DNA of 60,712 nt. It comes from a candidate division WOR-3 bacterium (lineage in GTDB: Bacteria; SDB-A). The notes under the pieces were generated by a model, which searched no databases, had not been told where the DNA came from, and saw nothing but the letters and a program-made list of their open reading frames with translations. A program made the translations under genes and the position numbers. The stretch is from positions 1-60,712 of the forward strand of contig JAFGIG010000097.1 of assembly GCA_016929715.1 (NCBI GenBank), written 5' to 3'. Below, piece by piece: positions 28,577 to 36,546 of this stretch (positions within the stretch are counted from its first letter, which is position 1; each line of letters begins with the position of its first letter).

Positions 28577-28631
28577 AACCTGAATAATACTTTCTTTTGC
28601 TTTGACCGCAATTTTTGTCTAAAATTAAAAA

Positions 28632-29498
28632 ATGGTAACTCCGTATTATATCGACGTCGGCTTCAAAGACGTCAGGGAAGGAATGTATGACAATTTCACC
28701 TTCGACACGGAAGGAATACCCCTATACAAGTATTCATGGGGTGTTGAATACAACCCTATTTTCATAGAGCATTACGCTCTGTATAACCTTCACATTTTTC
28801 TCCAGGAAAAAAAACAGGAAAAACTCGACGAATTTATGAGGGTAAGCAGATGGCTGTTAGATCATTGCAAGCCCCGCGGAGAGAGCTGTATCTATGAGTT
28901 TAGTTTTCCTCTCAAGCATCTCAACCTCAAGCCTCCGTGGATTTCGGCTATGGCGCAAGGCAGGGCGGCTTCGGTTTTCACGAGGGCTTATGAAGCGTCC
29001 GGAGACAGCCGTTACCTCGATGCCGCTCAGAAATCCATACTGCCGTTTTTCAAACCTGTCGGTGAGGGCGGTGTCAAAACCGAATTTCCCGACGGGTCCC
29101 CTGCTGTCGAAGAATACACATCAACGCCTAAAAGCCTCGTCCTGAACGGTATGATAGTGGCTCTTTTCGGTCTTTTTGATCTCTGCAGGTTCACCGTAGA
29201 TTCTTCTTTTTATAGGATCAAAGAAGAACTTGTCTCTTCATTGGAAAAAAATATCTTTCTTTACGACATGGGTTTCTGGACATACTATTCTCTTTTCAGA
29301 CACAAGCCCATAGCTAATTTGGACTATCACAGATATCATGTTTTACTTACTTGGAAACTTCACGAACTCACGGGAAAAAAGATTTTTTTAGAAAAAAGCC
29401 TTATATGGGATTCTTATCTGAATTCACCTTTTAAAATTCTCTCTCGTCATTTCATAAGATTTTTGCAGAAAACAGGTTCGAAATTAAATATTTTATGA
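28632..29498 (+). CDS. D-glucuronyl C5-epimerase C-terminal-domain-like protein
   Basis: PWISAMAQGRAASVFTRAYEASGDSRYLDAA..GGV..EEY..LVLNGMIVALFGLFDL resembles the C5-epimerase C-terminal (alpha/alpha)6-barrel family. Assignment is by eye. Confidence 0.6.
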   Translation: MVTPYYIDVGFKDVREGMYDNFTFDTEGIPLYKYSWGVEYNPIFIEHYALYNLHIFLQEKKQEKLDEFMRVSRWLLDHCKPRGESCIYEFSFPLKHLNLKPPWISAMAQGRAASVFTRAYEASGDSRYLDAAQKSILPFFKPVGEGGVKTEFPDGSPAVEEYTSTPKSLVLNGMIVALFGLFDLCRFTVDSSFYRIKEELVSSLEKNIFLYDMGFWTYYSLFRHKPIANLDYHRYHVLLTWKLHELTGKKIFLEKSLIWDSYLNSPFKILSRHFIRFLQKTGSKLNIL

Positions 29499-32400
29499 AC
29501 CCTCCATATTCAGATATAATTGACGATACAACTGCCAAAAAAACCGGATCAAAAAATAAACAAGAGCCAAAAATAAAAATGGCTCTTTTCTTCGCCGATC
29601 TGTCGGGCTTCACGCATATAGTAAGTAGTTTTTCCAAAAAAGGCAGAGAAGGCATGGAAGAAATAGCTAAAATCGTCAGTGATCTTTACGGGACTTTTAT
29701 TCAGGCTTATGAGCAGAACGGAGGTTTTTTCATTAACGCCGCCGGTGATTCCGTTTTGATATCACTTCCTTTCAACGCCGGATCAATAAACACAGTAAAA
29801 GAAGTCAACAAGAACCTGACCAAGATAATCAAATCCTATATATCTGAACAAGTAGGTCTCAAATCCGCTTTCATCTGCGAAGAATTCGTCTATACTCCTT
29901 ATTTTTGGAAAAACAACTACTTGTCCGTCATATCAGGCAAAGCGAAAGAAACCCTGTCTGGTCTTGATCTCGCCGATGGATCGATATTTTTTTACCCTTT
30001 AGTTCATCATCCGGATAGACAAAAACCATTTTCGAAAACGATATTTACAAAAAACATTTCTGTGATAAAAAACCCTGAACACAGAGTTGTAGTTTCAATG
30101 ATGATACAATCTCCGGCAATTTCAGTTTTAGATCTAAAAAAATACATAAAAAAAATCGATTATTTCATCAGCGCTCATAATGGAGAAATAAGCGATATAG
30201 ATTGCATCAATCGGGACGGCTTTAAGACTCTTGTTCTTTTTGGACACAGATCGGAAAATATTTCGGAATTCGAAGAAGTACTTGAATGCGCGCAGAGAAT
30301 TATTCAATCGAACATCTTCGGCTCCAACAGACCTAAAATAGGTATATCAGCCGGTTATGCCTATACCGGCATTCTCGACATAAAAGACAAGTCCAAATTC
30401 ATGGCAATAGGCGACGATATTAATCTTTCCGAAAGGCTCACCCGTATCGGCTCTCAGGGCGACATATATTTTTCAGATAAATTCAAAAGGCTTCTGTCTT
30501 CAAAAATAAAATGCCTTAAATCAAGATCCAGATATCTGCCCAAATATCCCGAGAAAATTGACTATTACCGATTCGAAAGCTACTCGAGGCCAGTTTCTGT
30601 TTTCATCGACAGAAACAGGGAAATGCGATCGGTTATAAGCCTTCTTGACAAAGGCTGCCGTTCAGTCCACTTGAAAGGCGACTCGGGGATAGGCAAATCA
30701 GCTTTATTATCCCGCCTTTCAGTAGAGTTGAACAAAGATTACAAAGTGGTCTTCATAAGAAAAGAACCCGGCGAAACGCCTCTGTTTCTTTCAGACTCTG
30801 CATCCATAGAATTAGGATACAATAAGGATTTTCAAAATATTTCTTCTCTTCCCCAATCGTCATGGCAATATGTTCTTCAGGACAGGATTATAAATAGTAT
30901 GAGAAAAAAATTCCCCTTTGCTCTTCTCATAGACGACGCTGAATTTAAAAGAATTGACATGTCTATTGTCAAAGCCATCCAGAAAATTCTCGGTCCCAGC
31001 AAAAGTGTCCTGATAATATCATCAAAACCTAATTTTTCATACAATGGTTTCGGAGAGATTCTGATTACGCCGCTGAAAAAGCGCAACACTCAAGAACTAC
31101 TTTCTTCCGGTTTCGGGGGTCGGCAAATAGATAATATTTTTCTTGATTATGTGATGGAAAAATCTAAAGGAAACCCGCTTTTTTCTCTCATGCTCATCAA
31201 TCATCTCGAAAACTTCGGATACTTAAAAGAAGAAAAATCAAAAATTTTTCTCAGAAAACAACCTGAAAAAATTCCCGAAAACCTCGCTTTCGTTTCGATG
31301 GCGAAGTTTAATTTGATGAGACCTGAAATGAAGAGAGCACTGAAATTCGCTTCAATCGCGGGATACAGTTTTAGTCCGGAAGTAATCAAAGAATTGACCG
31401 GTGATCAGGAAACCTCTCTTTATCTGTCACAAGCTGCTGCGGAAGGAATTCTGGAAATAAAAAAGGATATTTGCTTTTTCACTCAGCAATTCTTTAAAGA
31501 CGCTCTGTATGAATCCATTTTATCCAAAGAAAAAAAACAGACACATGAAAAGATCGCTGAAATCCTCTCCAGAAAGAGTTCAATTCAGGAATTTTCTCCG
31601 GGAGAAACGGCTTATCATTTCCATATGGCGGGTAATAAATCTAAAGCTATGCCTCTTTATTTTTGCGCGATAGGAAAGGCTGTTGCCGATAAAAAATCCG
31701 AAGAAGCATTAGGTTTGATAAAACTAGCGGAAGAGATAACCGATAATGAAAGCGAAATATACTTCCTTTACAAAAATAAAGCGGAAGCAAGTGTAATCGA
31801 GGGAAATTTTACCCTTTATGATTTCTACATAAACAAATGCGTCGCAAGGGCTAAAAAATTAAAAAACAAAGAGGAACTGGCTCGTTTATATACATCAAAA
31901 GGAATGAAAGAATATCTTAGATTAGATACGGTAAAATCCATTAAATATTTCAAAAAAGCCATGTCTTTCGCCTCGGGCGATAACCTGGATACAATTTATA
32001 TGCATATGTCCGATGTAAACTGGCGAATCGGCATGATTGAAGAATCAGAAAAATACTTGTTAAAACTTGAAGAATCCATATCTAAAAAACCTGATTCTTT
32101 TGTATATCCGGATTTTCTTCACAAAAAAGGATTACTCGCTTACGCAAGGGGTCAAATGGATGAAGCTCTATTCTATTTAAAACAAGCGCTGAATCTCGAC
32201 ACTGGTTTGTTTTTCAAGGAATTTTTGTGCAACGACATTGCGGAAGTGTATTATCTCAAAGGAAAAACCGCGAAGGCTATTGAGTTCATAAAAAAATCCA
32301 TGAGTTATTCCAAAAAAATCGGTTATGTATGGTCCATTTCTTATTCATTGCTTAATTATTCAATTTTTCTTTCACAGCTAAAACGCTATAGTGAATCCCT

Positions 32401-32794
32401 GAAAGTCATCGAAAAATGCTTAAAAATGACAGACATAGTTTATCCGCAGATAAACACGATAGCCCTGATAAACCGATTCCTGATAAACACCGAGTTTTCT
32501 TCGAAATTCGACCCGGAATCCGCTTGGAAGGAAATAAAAGGTTCAAAACACTACAAAAGCAACAGTCAGATAAAAGTATTCGCTGATTATGCGTGGGCTG
32601 TCTATCTTAAAAAAAGTTCCAGAAAAGCTGAGTTTAACAGGTTGGCGCCGAATCTTTTGAGACAGGCGAAAAAAATAAATCTGTCTCCAGGATCAGTCAC
32701 AGGCATATACATAGACATAAAAAAAATAGAAGACCTCACAAGACTTTCTCTAAAAGGGGCAAAAAGGAGGAAATATGATCCAAACCGGAATTAA
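29495..32794 (+). CDS. multidomain signalling protein: two tandem class III nucleotidyl-cyclase homology domains + STAND/AAA_16 P-loop NTPase + TPR array
   Basis: CHD1 has LFFADLSGFT and AGDSVLI. CHD2 has KIGISAGYAYTG and IGDDINLSERL. Walker A is GDSGIGKSALL and Walker B is ALLIDDAEF, followed by about 450 aa of TPR-like helices. Confidence 0.75.
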   Translation: MNPPYSDIIDDTTAKKTGSKNKQEPKIKMALFFADLSGFTHIVSSFSKKGREGMEEIAKIVSDLYGTFIQAYEQNGGFFINAAGDSVLISLPFNAGSINTVKEVNKNLTKIIKSYISEQVGLKSAFICEEFVYTPYFWKNNYLSVISGKAKETLSGLDLADGSIFFYPLVHHPDRQKPFSKTIFTKNISVIKNPEHRVVVSMMIQSPAISVLDLKKYIKKIDYFISAHNGEISDIDCINRDGFKTLVLFGHRSENISEFEEVLECAQRIIQSNIFGSNRPKIGISAGYAYTGILDIKDKSKFMAIGDDINLSERLTRIGSQGDIYFSDKFKRLLSSKIKCLKSRSRYLPKYPEKIDYYRFESYSRPVSVFIDRNREMRSVISLLDKGCRSVHLKGDSGIGKSALLSRLSVELNKDYKVVFIRKEPGETPLFLSDSASIELGYNKDFQNISSLPQSSWQYVLQDRIINSMRKKFPFALLIDDAEFKRIDMSIVKAIQKILGPSKSVLIISSKPNFSYNGFGEILITPLKKRNTQELLSSGFGGRQIDNIFLDYVMEKSKGNPLFSLMLINHLENFGYLKEEKSKIFLRKQPEKIPENLAFVSMAKFNLMRPEMKRALKFASIAGYSFSPEVIKELTGDQETSLYLSQAAAEGILEIKKDICFFTQQFFKDALYESILSKEKKQTHEKIAEILSRKSSIQEFSPGETAYHFHMAGNKSKAMPLYFCAIGKAVADKKSEEALGLIKLAEEITDNESEIYFLYKNKAEASVIEGNFTLYDFYINKCVARAKKLKNKEELARLYTSKGMKEYLRLDTVKSIKYFKKAMSFASGDNLDTIYMHMSDVNWRIGMIEESEKYLLKLEESISKKPDSFVYPDFLHKKGLLAYARGQMDEALFYLKQALNLDTGLFFKEFLCNDIAEVYYLKGKTAKAIEFIKKSMSYSKKIGYVWSISYSLLNYSIFLSQLKRYSESLKVIEKCLKMTDIVYPQINTIALINRFLINTEFSSKFDPESAWKEIKGSKHYKSNSQIKVFADYAWAVYLKKSSRKAEFNRLAPNLLRQAKKINLSPGSVTGIYIDIKKIEDLTRLSLKGAKRRKYDPNRN

Positions 32795-33233
32795 AGCGCC
32801 TGATTTTGTTTTAGAAGACCAAAATGGCGAAAAAATTTCCCTTAATCAATTCAGGGACAAGTCCGTTCTTTTGTCTTTTCATCCTCTCGCCTGGACCTCT
32901 GTTTGTTCAGAGCAGATGAAAGCCCTTGAAAGCAGTTTTGAGATTTTTGAAAAATTTAACGTCATGCCTTTAGGTATAAACGTCGATCCTGTCCCTTCAA
33001 AAAAAGCTTGGGCTGAGAATCTGGGGCTGAAAAAACTCAAAATTCTCTCTGATTTCTGGCCCCACGGTAAAACCGCTGAAAATTACGGGATATTCAGAAC
33101 TGAAAACGGATTTTCCGAAAGAGCAAATATAATAATTTCCCCCGAAAGAGAAATTATTCTTACAAAATTGTATAAAATTCCTGAATTACCGGAATTGTCT
33201 GAAATCATAGGATTTATTTCAAGAGAAAGATAA
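32775..33233 (+). CDS. peroxiredoxin (AhpC/TSA-Bcp-like)
   Basis: APDFVLEDQNGEKISL..FHPLAWTSVC peroxidatic-Cys motif; 152 aa. It overlaps the upstream gene by 20 nt. Confidence 0.85.
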   Translation: MIQTGIKAPDFVLEDQNGEKISLNQFRDKSVLLSFHPLAWTSVCSEQMKALESSFEIFEKFNVMPLGINVDPVPSKKAWAENLGLKKLKILSDFWPHGKTAENYGIFRTENGFSERANIIISPEREIILTKLYKIPELPELSEIIGFISRER

Positions 33234-33285
33234 AAGCCATTTAGACCAATCTTTTTATTGCTCTTTTATTTTTCTTTTAATAGAA

Positions 33286-36200
33286 TTGTCCATAGGACAA
33301 AAAATGTTTAATAACGACATTCTTCACGAAGAAATTTTCAATTGCCTTCAAAAGCTTATTCTTGTATCAGACGAAAACGGAAATATTCTTTTTCATTCAA
33401 AAAATATAAAAAATACTTTCGGCACTCCTCCAGATTCGGTGGTCGGCAGAAACGTATTTGAATTCATTCACCCCGACGATTTGGTAAAAGCCCGGGGCTT
33501 CGTATCTCAAATACTCAATCCCGCGAAACCCTTCGTTTCATTCGATCTGAAAATTATCCTCGATTCCTCAGTGGAAAAATACGTTTCCGGACAGGCTAAA
33601 GACCTTCGAGAAAATCCCGAAATAGGGGGAATTTTAGTTTTGTATTCCGACATCAGCAGGGAAAAAAGCTCTCAAGAACTCCATAAAGCTGTTTTTTCCA
33701 TATCCGAAATGCTCAATCAGGCAGACGAAATTGACGTATTATTCGGGAGAATTCATGCTACGGTCAGCTCCCTTCTGCCTTCGGAAAATTTTTACATAGC
33801 CGTTCATGACACCGATAAAGACATACTCAGTTTCCCTTACTATATAGACCGTTTTGACACTAAGCCTCCAGCAAGAAAACTTTCCAACAGCTTGACAGAT
33901 TATGTTGTCCGGGAAGGGACTGCTCTTCTTCTGACGGGAAAAGACATAGATGAATTCTCCAGAGATAAAAACATTGTAGTTCAAGGGACAAAACCCTTCA
34001 GCTGGCTTGGAGTCCCTCTAAAATCACGGGGTGAAGTTCTCGGCGCTTTAGCGGTTCAGTCTTACGAAGAAAATCTGTCTTACGACATATTTCACAAAAA
34101 CATTCTCGAATTCGTATCAAACCACATATCAGCGGCGCTGGCGAAAAAACAAAGACATCTTAAAGAACTCGAATACAAACAATTTCTCGTTAAAATCATC
34201 GAAAACATTCCCCTTGCCCTTTTTGCGAAAGATATCGAAGGAAGATTCATAATGTGGAACAAAAAAAGCGAAGATTACTACGGATTGAAACAAAATCAGG
34301 TCATCGGAAGAACAGATTATGATTTTTTTCCGAAGGAACAGGCGGATTTTTTCACGCTGATGGACAAAAAAACGCTTCAATCGAATGAGGTTTACGATAT
34401 ACTTGAAGAACCTATCGATTCTCCAAAAATGGGAAGAAGAACTCTTCATACAATTAAAATTCCCGTCACCGACGAAAACGGAAATCCTTCTATTCTCCTT
34501 GGACTTTCCGAGGATATTTCAGAGAAAAAACTTAACGAAAGTATTTTAAGACTCCAGCATGAACTTGCAGTCAGGATAGGTAAAACAACAGATCTTCAAG
34601 AAGCCTTGAATTACATCCTTTTCATATCCATAGAATCCATTGAAGAGATAGACAGCGGCGCAATTTATCTTTTTGAACAGGACACCGGAGGAATTTCACT
34701 TGCGGTTCATTCAGGGTTTAAGGACGCGCTCTTAAAGAAAATAAGCTACTACGAAAAAGACAGCCCGATAGGAATTCTCGCGAGAAAAGAAATTCCTACT
34801 TTTCTGTCTGAAAAAGAATTCACTTCACACTTCGTGAACAACTTCAGAGAAGAAGGGATAAAATCTATATCAATCCTGCCAATATTTCATCTCGGCAACC
34901 CGATAGCTTGTCTGAATTTGTGCTCTCATTTAACTGACGAATTCAGCATTATTTCCAAAAGACTGCTCTCTCAAGTCGTTTCTTTTCTCGGAGATATTAT
35001 TACAAGAATACAGAATGACTTAAAGATACGAACCAGCGAATCGAAATTCAGAAGCACATTCGAAAACGCTCCAGTCGGCATGAGCATAATGGATTCTGAC
35101 GGCAGATATCTCGCTGTCAATAAATCACTTTGCGATATGCTGGGGTATTCAGAACGCGAATTGCTTAAAATGAAATTCGAAGACCTTACATATCCTGACG
35201 ATCTATACAAATCCCTTAAAAACCTCAACTCTCTCATGTTCGGGGAAAAAGAACACATCCAGTTTGAAAAACGCTACTATCACAAATCCGGCAAAGTGGT
35301 ATGGGTCCTGCTGAGTTCTTTCGCTTTCAGGGAAGGCGAAGAACCTTACGGACGCATAATTACTCATGTGATTGATGTCACCGAGAGAAAACAGATAGAA
35401 GATCAGCTCTCTAAAATGAGAAATCTTGAATCTCTGGGACTCCTTGCAGGCGGCATAGCCCACGACTTCAACAACATACTGACAACAATAAGCGGTAATA
35501 TTTCAATCGCAAATCTATACGCTCAGGAGGACTCTGAATTAAAAGAGAGCCTCACCGAAGCCGAAAAAGGAATAAAGAAGGCGACAGATCTGACACAACA
35601 GCTTCTGACTTTCGCAAAAGGCGGAGTCCCCGTGAAGGAAGCCTCTTCTATAGAGGAAATAATCAGGGATTCTTCAGGTTTTATATTAAGAGGAAAAGAT
35701 ATTAGCGTTGATTACCTTTTCGAAAAGAACCTGCGAATAGTCGACATCGACAAAGGCCAGTTTTCACAGGTAATTCAAAATCTCGTCTTAAATTCCGTTC
35801 AGGCAATGCCATACGGCGGGAAAATTAAAATCACAGCGAGCAATTATGACATGAACGAAGACAAACTCGAAATCTACAAATACCTTCGCTACCTCAAACC
35901 CGGAAAATACGTGAAAATTACGATTGCCGACACTGGAATGGGTATTCATGAAGAAGATATTCTCAAAATATTCGATCCTTACTTTACAACAAAAGAAGAC
36001 GGATCCGGGCTTGGTCTTTCGATAGTATATTCGATTATCAAAAACCACAGCGGAATAATCGAAGCAGAATCAAACCCCGGTCACGGCTCTTCTTTTCATA
36101 TTTTCATGCCCGCATCAGATGCTTTTTCTGTCGACAGAAAAGAAGTGAAAGAGCCCGGTATAATACGCGGCAGGGCAAACATTCTTCTTATGGACGATGA

Positions 36201-36540
36201 AGAAATGATAAGAAAAGTCACCTCAAAAATGCTTGAAGAACTCGGATATTATGTCGAAACGGCAAGAAACGGCGAAGAAGTTTTAGAGAAATTCAAGAAT
36301 GGGACAAAGACAAGCTTTGACCTCGTAATTCTCGATTTGACAGTTCAGGGGGGCATGGGCGGAAAAGACGCCGTCAAAGAAATTAAAAACCTATATCCTT
36401 CGATAAAAGCGATAGTCTCCAGCGGATATTCAAATGACATGGCGCTTTCCCATTACAGAGAATTCGGTTTTGACAACTATCTCGTAAAGCCTTTCACGCT
36501 CTCGGACCTTTCAGAAAAAATCACGGAAACTCTGCTATAA
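33286..36540 (+). CDS. hybrid sensor histidine kinase (PAS-GAF-PAS-GAF-PAS-HisKA-HATPase-REC)
   Basis: H-box GIAHDFNNILT; N/G boxes (NLVLNSVQAM, DTGMGI, GSGLGLS); C-terminal receiver (LLMDDEE..ILDLTVQGGMGG..KP). The start could instead be ATG 33304 rather than TTG 33286. Confidence 0.9.
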   Translation: MSIGQKMFNNDILHEEIFNCLQKLILVSDENGNILFHSKNIKNTFGTPPDSVVGRNVFEFIHPDDLVKARGFVSQILNPAKPFVSFDLKIILDSSVEKYVSGQAKDLRENPEIGGILVLYSDISREKSSQELHKAVFSISEMLNQADEIDVLFGRIHATVSSLLPSENFYIAVHDTDKDILSFPYYIDRFDTKPPARKLSNSLTDYVVREGTALLLTGKDIDEFSRDKNIVVQGTKPFSWLGVPLKSRGEVLGALAVQSYEENLSYDIFHKNILEFVSNHISAALAKKQRHLKELEYKQFLVKIIENIPLALFAKDIEGRFIMWNKKSEDYYGLKQNQVIGRTDYDFFPKEQADFFTLMDKKTLQSNEVYDILEEPIDSPKMGRRTLHTIKIPVTDENGNPSILLGLSEDISEKKLNESILRLQHELAVRIGKTTDLQEALNYILFISIESIEEIDSGAIYLFEQDTGGISLAVHSGFKDALLKKISYYEKDSPIGILARKEIPTFLSEKEFTSHFVNNFREEGIKSISILPIFHLGNPIACLNLCSHLTDEFSIISKRLLSQVVSFLGDIITRIQNDLKIRTSESKFRSTFENAPVGMSIMDSDGRYLAVNKSLCDMLGYSERELLKMKFEDLTYPDDLYKSLKNLNSLMFGEKEHIQFEKRYYHKSGKVVWVLLSSFAFREGEEPYGRIITHVIDVTERKQIEDQLSKMRNLESLGLLAGGIAHDFNNILTTISGNISIANLYAQEDSELKESLTEAEKGIKKATDLTQQLLTFAKGGVPVKEASSIEEIIRDSSGFILRGKDISVDYLFEKNLRIVDIDKGQFSQVIQNLVLNSVQAMPYGGKIKITASNYDMNEDKLEIYKYLRYLKPGKYVKITIADTGMGIHEEDILKIFDPYFTTKEDGSGLGLSIVYSIIKNHSGIIEAESNPGHGSSFHIFMPASDAFSVDRKEVKEPGIIRGRANILLMDDEEMIRKVTSKMLEELGYYVETARNGEEVLEKFKNGTKTSFDLVILDLTVQGGMGGKDAVKEIKNLYPSIKAIVSSGYSNDMALSHYREFGFDNYLVKPFTLSDLSEKITETLL

Positions 36541-36546
36541 AAACTA

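Noticed and set aside
29495-32794. Cyclase-STAND-TPR protein as an Avs-like or Pycsar-like antiphage system
   Set aside because: The layout (effector + STAND NTPase + TPR) is superficially Avs-like, and class III cyclase folds are used by Pycsar. However, there is no partner effector (TIR, TM or nuclease) and no neighbouring defence or mobile genes. The same cyclase-ATPase-repeat layout is also common in housekeeping signalling proteins. It is kept as a signalling protein, and defence is not excluded experimentally.
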